Shown here: in pieces, positions 10,220 to 20,950 of the stretch
Position numbering within the stretch: the first letter of the stretch is position 1
How the letters are laid out: each line of letters begins with the position of its first letter
Assembly (NCBI GenBank): GCA_030704615.1
Contig: JAKLZA010000145.1
Location: forward strand, 1-21,519
Origin: Takakia lepidozioides
Taxonomy: Eukaryota; Plantae; Bryophyta
DNA length: 21,519 bases
Direction: 5' to 3'
Notes under the pieces: model-generated
Database searches by the model: none
What the model was told of the DNA's origin: nothing
The model's input: the letters and a program-made list of their open reading frames with translations, nothing else
Translations under genes and position numbers: made by a program

Positions 10220-10849
10220 TGTCACAATCATAGGGAACGAAGAGTAGGACAGGGAACGACTGTGGGGAACAACACCTGCGAAGGGAACATGTTAGTTCAC
10301 AGACACGGTTAGTGAGGGAAACGGTTAGAACCGCGGATAGGAAGATAAAGGGATAAACGGGGAATTGAGGGACATCATTCGGGGGAGGACTTCTTGGTGA
10401 TAGAGGAGAGGGGATCGGGCAGAGATGAAGAACGGAAGTGAAGATAGAGAGATGATGAGTAGATGCTTGATATATGCAAGGCTGTAATGATGATTGTATA
10501 GGAGATTAGAGACACAATGGCTTCGGCCTGATACCTGATAAATCATAATCGGATACTTTTACGATACAATCACACTGTGTAGAGAGATCTGAGTGAAGCT
10601 GTGGAATGAATGGATGAGTTGATGGAATCCAATAGATTGATAAAGCAAACTGATACTTAATTATCAATGGTAAGATAGTTAACATGAATACAAAAAGGGA
10701 AACAAATAGGAAACACCCCCATGATACACTAGCTGTAGGTCATGACTGATTGTTCTGCGCGGGCTGAGTACTTAGAGATTTCCAACTCTTCAATCTTGGA
10801 GTTTCCGCCTCGAATAGCGAAGGGATGGGTGAGTAAAAGCCGCGCGACA
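10220..10849 (+). repeat. Putative 5' LTR (TG...CA)
   Basis: Ends in ...CGCGACA at 10849, two nt before the PBS. Starts TGTCACA at 10220, which matches the reverse complement of the end (TGTCGCG) after two CpG transitions. The 3' LTR is not in the window, so the start is inferred. Confidence 0.6.
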
Positions 10850-10851
10850 TT

Positions 10852-10869
10852 TGGCGACCATACTGGGGA
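10852..10869 (+). promoter_or_regulatory. Primer-binding site (TGGCGACCATACTGGGGA), tRNA-Arg-like as in Ogre/Tat-type elements
   Basis: The 18-mer starts with TGG directly after CA-TT and resembles the TGGCGACTCCACTGGGGA PBS of non-chromovirus Gypsy elements. Confidence 0.75.
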
Positions 10870-11463
10870 CCTGGGACATGAACAACCAGATGTGACAGGC
10901 ATCTGGTGGGATCATGGTGGTTGGACCATTAAAGAATTTGAAGTGAATCAAATTCCCTGTGGAACGAAGGAAGAAAGATTGTCCAAACAATTCTTTCAAA
11001 GGTTCTTGGAATTGCCAGACGGTTGTAAAGAAATATTCTTAAACGAGTGCATGATGCTGATCCAGAATGGGGTCTGGAGAAAGGAGTGATAAAGATTTAT
11101 CAGGTAGCCTGTAGAGGAAGAGCACGTTGGTTACCAACATTGGTTTATGTGATAGCATTGCTATCCATTAAACGAGTAGAGTTTGAAGGCTGGGAAGAAA
11201 GAAAGGTGAATGTTTATACTCATATGCATGAAGAGCTTGTACTGGTAAAGAATTGGATTCCAAAGGATATTCTGTGGATCAAACTCACACCAAGAACAGC
11301 TTTCCAGACTTGTTTGCCATATGGTTATATGGTAACGGAGACTTCTAGTATAGCCAAGGGTGCATTGAAGCTTGAAAGAAACCCAGGCATATACGAGAGA
11401 TATTACAGAAGAGAGTTTTTGGTTATTGCCAATTTAAAAGAAATGAAAAGACATGGGACATGA
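10870..11463 (+). pseudogene. Frameshifted ORF of unknown function between PBS and gag (extra ORF or gag N-terminal extension)
   Basis: ORFs 10742-11089 and 11047-11463 overlap and appear to join by one frameshift near 11075-11090; no recognisable motif. Confidence 0.4.
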
Positions 11464-11629
11464 GTGATGAAAGAGAAGCTAGACGACAGAGATATTCAGC
11501 AAAAAGAGAAGCTATCTGAAAGCTAATTATCCATATCTTTGGGAGAGAGGAATAGACATAGGGGAATCATCTGGACCTCTCACACCATTAAGATCAAAGA
11601 GTGCATCACCTATACCGGAAGAACTAGAG

Positions 11630-13473
11630 TTGGATGCCACTCCTTCTGTTTCTTTGCAAGAAAGATTAAGGGAATTGGTACAGGAAGAAGATCAATCACG
11701 AGGTGAAAGATCTGAGGTACATCCTTGGATAAAAGATTTGACAGAAATCTTTGATAAGAGTTGGCATGGAACACCAAAAGCAGGAACTCCAGTTTCTGAA
11801 GCAGAAGGTGAAGAAGGAGAAGAGGATGTGGCAGAGCCACGGAGAGTTCAGACTCTCCAACACCATTACAGTTGAGTTACATGAGTGAAGAAGAAGAAAC
11901 CCAAGGGCAGAACTTGGAGGATGAAAACAGAGAGAAGAAATTGGAAGAGGAAGAATATGAAGAAGTAGACCCAACAGCTGAGTTGAGACTACAACCAGGA
12001 CATCCCAACCCGTTGGACCTGGATCAAGTGGAGCACTTGGATCACAGGCCAACGAAGGTGTCGGCTCAGGGGGATCAGGCGGGCTGCCTGGATCTGGCTC
12101 TGGGGGGACAGGGAGTGTGGGAAGTAGTGCAACTGAAGCTGGGAATACTGTGAATATCGTGGGGCCAGAAGCAAGGAGTGCTCAAGGGCCACCACTTGGT
12201 GGAAGATCCACCACAAAAACAACAGGTCCAGAAGGACCAGCACCAGCAAGGGTGCCAGCACCTGTCAGTGGGCAGAAGGTAGGGCCACAGATGGCGTTGC
12301 AACCAACACGGGCAAAACCACCCTTTCCATATATTCAGGAAAAGGGGATCCCGATGTACACATTAGCCAATTTGAGCACATGTGTATAGTGAACAATGAG
12401 AATGGCGATGATGCCAAGATGAGATTGTTTCCTTGTTCACTTATCAAGAAAGCAAGTGAATGGTATGCAAGATTCCCTGATAATCATTTCCTAACCTGGA
12501 ATGGCTTGAATACAGCATTTCGAAATAGGTTCAGGACAAGTAAAACTGAGGATGAAGTGTATGGAAGTTTACAACAGCTGAAGCAGAAGAAGCATGAAAC
12601 TGTTGAAGAGTATATGGAGAAGATGGAATTGATGATGAAAAAGCTGGCTGCAGTACCAGCGCCCGGGTTACAGAAGACTTGGTTTGTGAGTGGACTAAGA
12701 CCAGAGTTGCAAAAGAAAGTGGATATGTTACCCCATAATACAGTGGAGGAGGCATTTGAAACTGCGAACAGAATTGAGCAATTGGGAATGCTCAGGAGAG
12801 AGAAAAAAGAAGATGAGGACTCTGAGGATGAGTCAGATGAAGAAGAAGAGCAAGAACTAAAAAGAAAGAGTAAGAGAAAGGAGAAGTTGAAGAGGGATAA
12901 CTATGAAAAAAAATTGGAAGAAATCTTGAAGAAGTATGCCACAGAGGCTGCAACACATTGGAGGAAGGGTGTATGGTGTGCAAAGTGCCAGAATGAAGGC
13001 CATACCACCACAGAATGCCACATGAAGGAGAAACACTGTACCATCTGTAAAATGGATAACCATTCTATGAGAATTGTTACTACAACAGAAGGACAGCTGC
13101 AAGAGAACCTAGGCAAGTAAGGGTGCATCAGGTGCAGCCCCAGCCAAGAAGAAACAATGATCAGGACCACTATGGTAGGTCTGGTGGTTATAACAATGGC
13201 ATGGAAGGGAGAGGTAATTCAAGAGGGATTACCAAGGAAATTCCAGAGGCAACTATCAGGGTAATCCAAGGGGGAATTACCAGCCCAGGGAATCAGGATT
13301 ATAGAAATAATCCAAGAACAGACCAAGGGCGAGGACCCAATGGTGAAGAGCTATGTTACTATTGTAATCAGCTAGGACATCGCAAGGCAGCCTGTTCATT
13401 CTGGATAAGACACCAGAATGAGATGAGAGCTCCTGTGAATGAGGGGCCCAGTGGTGGCAGCTCACATGGTTAG
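11630..13473 (+). pseudogene. gag: Gypsy gag (frameshifted)
   Basis: AKMRLFPCSLIKKASEWY...TWNGLNTAFRNRF...LQQLKQKKHETVEEY...WFVSGLRPEL. Zinc knuckles CAKCQNEGHTTTEC, CTICKMDNHS (broken) and CYYCNQLGHRKAAC. Confidence 0.88.
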
Positions 13474-13502
13474 GCCATGTGTTGTACCAGAAGTAAAGTA
13501 CA

Positions 13503-14400
13503 ATGATAGTAACAAGAAGTAAAGCCAAACTAATACCTCCAGTAGAAGAGGAAGAAGATGAGACTGGAAGTGGCAATGATATGCCTGAAGATGAAGAGAC
13601 TTGGAAAGATGAGAAGGAACTGCACAAGGAAGTGGCAGATACTATAAGGGAAATGCAAAAGAGTACTGATATTCCTGTGGCAGATTCCTCTGATTCGGAT
13701 GGAGAAAAAGAAGGGAGTGAGGAAGAAAGGAAAAAAGAAGATGCAGACATGCAAAGTAATGAAGAAGAGACTTTGGCTGCAGTAATATGTCAGACCAAAG
13801 CAGAAATTATCATTGGACAGCTATTAGCTGTGGCACCTTATTGTAGGCACAGGCTGTATCAAGCAATCAATCGAATTGCCCAAGAGACAGGAAACACAGA
13901 CCTGAACAGCAAGGTGACCAGTTATAATGTGAAGCCGGAAGGGCGAGAAACAGTCATGGACTTTGATGATTCTATGCCAGTAATCCAATTGAGAATTGGA
14001 AGCACAGAAACTAACGGATGTACTGATAGATGGTGGTTCTGGAGTAAATATCATGACAGACCAATTAAGGAAGAAGCTTGGTCTAAGTAACATGAAACCA
14101 GCCCCATTTACAGTAACAATGGCAGATCAAATAAGTGTACAACCATTGGGATTAATAAGAGGAGTTAAGATACAGATACAGAAAATGATCTTTATGATCA
14201 CAGTAACTGTATTAGAAATGGATGAAGTCATGGAGGCTTACTCCTTATTATTGGGACGTCGTGGCTGCTGAAACAGGCCAGGGTATTCCATGACTGGAAT
14301 TCTCAGTTACTAACCGTGCATAATGGGATACACGAGATACAAATTACCACAAAGAAATCTAGTAGATTACCTGCTACAAGAAGACCTCGAGGAGTCTGAG
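13503..14400 (+). pseudogene. pol: Gypsy pol, aspartic protease region (frameshifted)
   Basis: DVLIDGGSGVNIMTDQLRKKLGL...FTVTMADQ...PLGLI...YSLLLGR (retropepsin D-G-G-S and LLGR motifs). Confidence 0.88.
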
Positions 14401-14639
14401 AGTATGACTGGAGAGGAGGACTGGATGAGGAGCAGGAAGCTACCCTATTTGCTGCACACCCAGAGTGGGAGCACGTTGCAGAGATGCGGCTGGAAAAGCC
14501 TAAGTTGTTTGAGAGGTATCTGCTATGGTGTAGTGACAGCAACACCAACTGAAGAGAGGAAACCAGCAGTTACCCATCACATTTCTATGAAGAAAGAGAA
14601 GAGAAATAGAAATCCTAGAAGAACCAGCCACTGTGAGCT

Positions 14640-15149
14640 TACAGGATGAAGTGGTGACTGGTTGGACAATCACAGCTGATGAGCAGGATGAGCAGGTGAG
14701 AGAAGTAAATGTGGGAACTAAAGAGGAACGAGGATGGTGAAAGTAGGAGCTGATTTGGAGCCGGAATTCTTCGAAGAAGCTAAAAGCTTGTTCATCAAAT
14801 ACAAAGATGTATTTGCTTGGAGCTATGAGGATCTAAAAGGGATACCACCTGAAGTCTGTCAGCATAAGATTGAACTGGAACCAGGGTCAGTACCAATCAA
14901 GCAGGCGAGGTATAGAATGAATCCCAACTACGCACAGAAGGTTGGAGAGAAGAGATAAAGAAGTGGCTGAGGCTAAGTTTATATACCCAATAGAGTATAC
15001 AACTTGGTTGTCCCCATTGTAATAGTTCCCAAGAAGAATGCAACTAAGAGTATGTGTGAACTTAAGAAGCTGAATGCTTGTACGAAGAAAGATCCTTTCC
15101 TTTGCCATTCAGTCACAGAAGCAGTATTAGACACTGTGGCAGGCATGAG
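14640..15149 (+). pseudogene. pol: Gypsy pol, N-terminal reverse transcriptase fragment, truncated
   Basis: KYKDVFAWSYEDLKGIPP...HKIELEPGSVPIKQARYRMNP; SPIVIVPKK; KKLNACTKKDPF; VLDTVAG(HE). RT similarity stops abruptly before the LDGFSGYNQI motif. Confidence 0.88.
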
Positions 15150-15385
15150 GGGGGCTGGGGCTAGGGCTGCTTGCTATTTCATGGCGGCATGAGCATGAGC
15201 GGAAAAAAAAAAAGCATGAGCAGACCATTGTGAGTCCACGGAAATAGGGTTAGGAGGCACGGAAATAGGGTCATGTGAAGTTGGAATGTGGCACCAGTGG
15301 ACTTGAAATGCAACATTTTATTGCAAATTTTGTGGCAAGCCACGTCTATACAAGTGTGTTCTAACTGTCATAGCCGGAATGGGCA

Positions 15386-18300
15386 CTACTCTCCTACACC
15401 CTCCGAGGAACTTGCCCCACCTTCTTCCTCATCCCCCTCATCCCCCTCATCCTCCGAGCTCTGTGATGCATCAGTTCCACTATGCCTCTCAAAAATCCCG
15501 TCCTCTCCTTGGGGGACTGTCCACCTCACCTCCTGGGAATCTTCTGCGTCTTCTCCCCCACTTTCCTCAGTAGAATCCAACACAAATCTACGAGCCCGAC
15601 GGGCTCTAATAGCTGCTGCCTCCTCCCTCATCTTCATTTTCTTGAGGCTTGCCTCGTCTAAAATCTGCTGTACACGACTACGTTCGGAACACCTCCTAAT
15701 GGACACCGAAGCAAGCCGGGCAGCATAAGTAGGAAGGATGTACTCCCTTCTGGACTAGGCATGAAATCCCCCCTGGCAAAAAAAGGCACGTTCCTCCTGC
15801 CCATGAACTCCGGTGTAGACGTCCCTCCGGCAGTACTTGGCATCCTACAGTAAGAACAAATCCACTTGAAGAATGTCAATACCAGCACAACCAGAAAGGG
15901 TTTTCAATGAAATAAGAGAGCGGAGGGAGGTGCCTCACAAAATCTGGAGGCAACTTACAATGCCACCACTCACTCGTAAACCGGGGGCTCCTCAGCCTCG
16001 ATCCCAACTTCCTCCCCCTGCTCCTTCTCGGATTTTTCCTCATCCTCCGAGGATGCCTCTTCCTCTTTCGGCAGACGTTCAGCCGCTGCAAGTTCCGAGT
16101 TGTGGAGGGCAGTATCTGGCTCGAAGGCGAACACATGCCTGTCGGACAACGTCCCTGCCCACATTGAAGCACCTGAGGAACAAAGCGGGCGGTTAATAGC
16201 TTGCGGCATGCAATTGCAATGGGGCCAGGGGACAAACTGAGCACGTGAAGGCTTACCCGTGCCGCATGTGAGGTCCAGAATCCGCCCTTGGACATCCGAG
16301 CACGTCTCCATGAGGGTTTGGATGAAAGCAGGGCTCCGGGTCCGGGCTGTACCGCCACGGTTTGCCTGTCTTTGTGTCATTCGGCATACTAGAGTGGGGC
16401 ACATAGTTGTAGAGGACACATCGTAGGTTACAGGGTCCACAGCGGCATCAACAAGACGACCGTCGTTGCGGAATTTGAACGTAGACCCTCTCTTCACAAA
16501 GCAATATGCCTCAAACACCAATGTCTGCACATCCAACAAAGAAGGGATCAATTCCAGGGTCTACTTAACATACACCACAATATGAAGTGAATGCAATAGA
16601 TTGATAACTTACACTTTGGCCCTCTGTTCGCAACCCCTGCGTACTGATGCAGAACCATTTTCTGAGAGGAGGACGGGGTGACACTTTTCGGTGTCCACCT
16701 TGCCACCGCATTCTCTGTGGTCTTCCTCTCGTGGCAAGGACAACCACACATCCACCGTCATCCAGAAGCATCCCCGCCAGCCCAAACCCGGCTTTCCAGT
16801 AGTCCTCAGTAAACCTGTTCCAGGTGGGCACACCATCCAGGCCCTCCAGCAGCTCCCCATCTGGAATGTCGAGGAGAATCATGTCGCAAGCTCTCTCCAC
16901 CTCAACCCCCCCCCGAGTGCTCTTGCAATTCGTGCTCACAGCCGTGAAGAATTCCATCATGGCTTCAAAACCAGGGGTGTCTTTAGGCTCTGTACCGGCA
17001 GCCTCTTCTTGGCTTTCCCCTTCTGCTCCGCCAGAGACTTGTTGTGTGCCACCTTCTTCGCCCTGGCAGCGAGAGCGTCAAGGAAGCTCTCATTGACGCA
17101 TTGGATGATGGTTGGAGGTTCTAGCTTTGGCCTGTGCGTAAACGTCACCGCCGAATACCGCCGTGTAGGCTCGCCCTCAAATGCCAACTTCTTGGCAGAG
17201 CCAGTCCCACTCCGAACTGACTTGGGAACCCGGACGACCGGTGACTGGGTAGAGAGCAACAGCAGTCGCAGGACCTTGAACAAAATCGGCGTCGGAGTCA
17301 CTCTCTTGGGTCCCTCCTGCGCCTCCTCCGATGCCCCGATGGTTTTCTTCTTTTGGGGTGTTATTGCAGTCACCTGTTTCCTTGTCCTTTTCCTTTGACC
17401 TTTACTCTTCTCATGCAATTTCTCCTGAATTCCTGCCTGAGCAAGCTCTGCCGCTTTCCTGGAGTTCGCAAGCGCTTTTGCCTCTTTTGCACCCAACGGA
17501 GGCAGCGGAGCCCGGTTTCGTCGGAATTCAGCATCCAGCTTCAATTGAAACTCGGATGGGTCGAGCGAGCCGGGCGGAAGGTCCACATACCAAGGGCAAT
17601 CACGCAAATGTTCCAGATGCCACTCCTTCACAATATCGTCAGTGTACATGGAGTCAGCCCCAGGGTTCCTCCATGCCAGGAAGAATGGTGGCTCGAAAGA
17701 CAGATGACCTTTCTCCAAAAGCGAGAACTTACAGTACCTGCATTCATGAAAAACACAATGAGGTCCGAAAATGGCTAAGTCCTGGACGGCAATAGGGCCT
17801 GGAACTGGAATATGGCGCCGAATTTCACTTCAGGGCCAGCCACCCTAGGACTTAGCCCGAAAATGGCTAAGTCCCTGGACGGCAATAGGGCCTAGAACTG
17901 GAAAACGGCGCCGAATTTCCAGTTCCGGGCCAGCCACCTAGGGACTTAGCCCGAAAATGGCTAAGTCCCTGGACGGCAATAGGGCCTAGAACTGGAAAAC
18001 GGCGCCGAATTTCCAGTTCCGGGCCAGCCACCCTAGGGACTTAGCCCGAAAATGGCTAAGTCCCTGGACGGCAATAGGGCCTAGAACTGGAAAACGGCGC
18101 CGAATTTCCAGTTCCGGGCCAGCCCCCTAGGGACTTAGCCCGAAAATGGCTAAGTCCCTGGACGGCAATAGGGCCTGGAACTGGAAACGGCGCCGAATTT
18201 TAGTTCCGGGCCAGCCACCCTAGGGACTTAGGCCGAAAATGGCTAAGTCCCTGGACGGCAATAGGGCCTGGAACTGGAAAACGGCGCCGAATTTCCAGTT

Positions 18301-20950
18301 CCGGGCCAGCCACACTAGGGACTTAGGCCGAAAATGGCTAAGTCCCTGGACGGCAATAGGGCCTAGAACTGGAAAAACGGCGCCGAATTCCAGTTCCGGG
18401 CCAGCCACACTAGGGACTTAGGCCGAAAATGGCTAAGTCCCTGAACGGCAATAGGGCCTGGAACTGGAAAATGGCGCCGAATTTCCAGTTCCGGGCCAGC
18501 AAGTCTAGGGACTTTGCCATTTTCAGAGCCCCTGACTGGAAATTCGGCGCCATTTTCCCTAACACCACTTAGGCCTCTAACATCCTGAAATGCCAGGACT
18601 TGAAAGAAAGGCAGCGCGTATGTACCTGTACAGAAGGCGCATTGCTGCTTTGTCCGCGTTCGGCTGGTCGGTGAACTCGTGGGCTCCGGCGAGCATCTGC
18701 TATCTCCCGAAAGAATAGGTTGGTTTTGTAGAGCAGAAAGTACCTCGTCACATAGTCACGTAGGCTCTCTGCTGCAGGAGATATCTCCATCTTGAACTGA
18801 TGTGCTTGTGTGTAGCTGCTCTTGCGCATTCGTCGTCACCTGTGGAGATTGTCCATCAGATCGCTTTCCTCAAAAAATACAATGAATCCACCCCTACTAG
18901 AGTAGAAGCCCCAAACGAAGCGTGGGGATGTACCTTGAAACCACCATGTCATGCGGTTCATCCACATGTCGAATGTGGGGTCAGAGAGTTTGTCCGGTTT
19001 GGGGAAGCTCCACATGTCCCTGGTACTTTGGGAACCATTCCAGATTTGGAGCCACCGGGTCTGTCCAACCCCCCAGCATATTCGTAAGCGCCAAACACCA
19101 CAAAAAGGAGTTGTTGCCACCACAATTTGGTTAAGAATGTATCACCTTTTCTGTTGCATCCACACAGGATGTGGCTAGACGATGGAGCTTCTCCAATGTC
19201 ATCGTGGGCTTCAGAGCGCGAGAGTAGTGCTTCCCCACCTCCACCAGAAAAGTCGGCACCAAGGGCGGGATCAGCTATGGCCACGTACTTTACCATCCGT
19301 GACTTGTACTTTATGCGGGCCCTCACCTCCGCAGCTTTGACATACGATTCGAGTTCCGGGAGGGTTGGATTCTTCTCCTCTGACTCCATGTAGAACCTCC
19401 GCGCATGTGCCAAATCCTGCTGTATTTTCGTCTGTCGAAAAGGCGCACATAAGATTAGAGATCCTGCTCAACACAATTTCTTCTATTGGGGGAGGAGAGA
19501 CAAATTAGCTCAACAAAACTGTCAGGAGCTTTACCCGAAATATGTAGTCCACCATGGCGTCGACGCTCAGCCTATACCAGGTTCTGTCTGCCTTTGCCTC
19601 CGACTTGCGCAGGAGGTCGGCACTGAGGGAATTGGCAAACTCTTGCACCCCCTGCTTCCCGACATCCTTCACTCGGAAGAGCATATGGGACAAGTTGGTG
19701 GCAATGAAGGCATTCTCAGTCACCCTGCAGTGCCACATTTCCATCAAACAATACTGAAATGGGAATTTTCATCATATATGAGGATTGCAATGAAATGACT
19801 TCCAAATTCAAAGTCCAAAAGCGAGAGGGGTTGTAGCTTACGAGTTGATGTCGGCCATTGCAGCTTTGAGAAGACTGCGATTTTGGGCCCCGCAACCTTC
19901 AGGACAACACAATCGACGGCGAAATGCCAATCGAGATCGTTGGGGTGGGCTTGGGCAAGTTGCTCCATCCATGCCAGGAGGCGATGATTGCCGTCCCCAC
20001 GTAGTAGGCACATCTTACCGGACATGTGCTGGAAAAGAGGATCACTAGCAATCGATCTCTCGAACTCCTCATTTCGCGTTTGCCAATGGGGACCCCATTT
20101 GTCCACCTCATCGGAAGTGTGGGCACGGGAAGCTCCGTGGTCGTTCTCAATGGAAACGTAAAAGGCGGCAGACCCCATTCGATATCCATCCCGGAAAGAG
20201 AATTTCAGCTTGTCGACATCGCCTGGAGGGCAGGTCTCACCACCTGCAATGACACCAAGCGGCAAAGGGGAATTCGAAGCTTGGCCGGGTACACCATGCC
20301 CCCAGCACCCTGCCAATGTTGCTGTGGGTTGCCTCCAACATCTTGGCAGCGGCCAACTTCATATCCGCCTCAGACATGACGTCTGCTGCAGAGGGGTTTT
20401 CCGGCAGCCCACCAGGACCGCCAAATCCAGCATGTATGCTCCGGGTTTGGGGCCTGGGGATGTCCGGGAGGATGTCATTCCTGGTCAGAAACCTCCATGT
20501 CGTCCTCCTCAACAGGGTCAGCCACCTGGCGAAACCACCTCCAGCACTCTCGTCGTCTCTACTCTGCCCTCTCCCTGGCTTCACCTCGAACTTGCACAAT
20601 CCGTGCTCTTTCAGGTGTTTATCTTCACTCCCACTCTCCACCGTATGGGTAATTGCGGGGGCTTGCTCTTGCCCCGCGATGGTCTAACCGGTGTGCTACT
20701 GCCTCTCTGTGTGGTGTCTTGTAGGGATCCACCGTCTCTGTACATTGGCATCTGTCATTTGGGCACCCTGGCCTCTTCAGCTGCCTTTTGTCTTTCCTCC
20801 TGGCTAGCATTCTGTCTCGTCTGTCTTTTTGCCCTCTCTTTTGCCCTCTCACGGGCTTTCTGTTTCTTACTAGGCTAGCAGCAGGGGAGCCCTCCAAGAC
20901 GACCACCTTTGATTGAGGCGAAACTGACACCCTCGGCGCACTGCTCACTC
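15386..20950 (-). pseudogene. Multi-exon gene B: diverged paralog of gene A (ParB/Srx-like + beta-class MTase-like + acidic/charged tail), many frameshifts
   Basis: Motifs GDGNHRLLAW, DMILLDIPDG and RSPAFIQTLMETCSDVQGRILDLTCGTG|ASMWAGTLSDRHVFAFEPD. GT-AG introns at 19725-19841, 19432-19534, 19061-19145, 18840-18933, 17738-18625, 16525-16612 and 16173-16256 (same positions as gene A), plus 15845-15973. 5' end uncertain. Confidence 0.8.
17767..18559. repeat. Intronic tandem array, ~94-bp unit x 8 plus an inverted partial unit; two inverted repeats per unit
   Basis: Units start (GAAAATGGCTAAG) at 17767, 17859, 17953, 18048, 18142, 18235, 18330 and 18425. Hairpin 1: GAACTGGAAAA-CGGCGCCG-AATTTCCAGTTC. 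Hairpin 2: AGGGACTTAGCC-cgaaaat-GGCTAAGTCCCT. Confidence 0.95.

Larger units (their letters stand above)
10220..15149 (+). mobile_element. Ty3/Gypsy LTR retrotransposon, non-chromovirus type, 5' part only (truncated within RT)
   Basis: Order is LTR, PBS, ORF, gag (Retrotrans_gag core, CCHC knuckles), aspartic protease (VLIDGGSGVNIM), then RT N-terminus (FAWSYEDLKGIPPEVCQHKIELEPG...; SPIVIVPKKN...KLNACTKKDPF...VLDTVAG). Confidence 0.9.

Noticed and set aside
9629-10233. His/Ser/Gln- and Cys-rich short ORFs
   Set aside because: Artefacts of the CACAG simple repeat.
10290-10849. Alternative LTR start at TGTTAG (10290)
   Set aside because: Position 10220 gives a better terminal inverted match and coincides with the end of the CACAG array. 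This cannot be settled without the 3' LTR.
17767-18559. CRISPR array or repeat-encoded ORFs (18220-18408, 18239-18421)
   Set aside because: Whole units repeat with no unique spacers, the array lies inside a GT-AG intron of gene B, and the ORFs are repeat translations.
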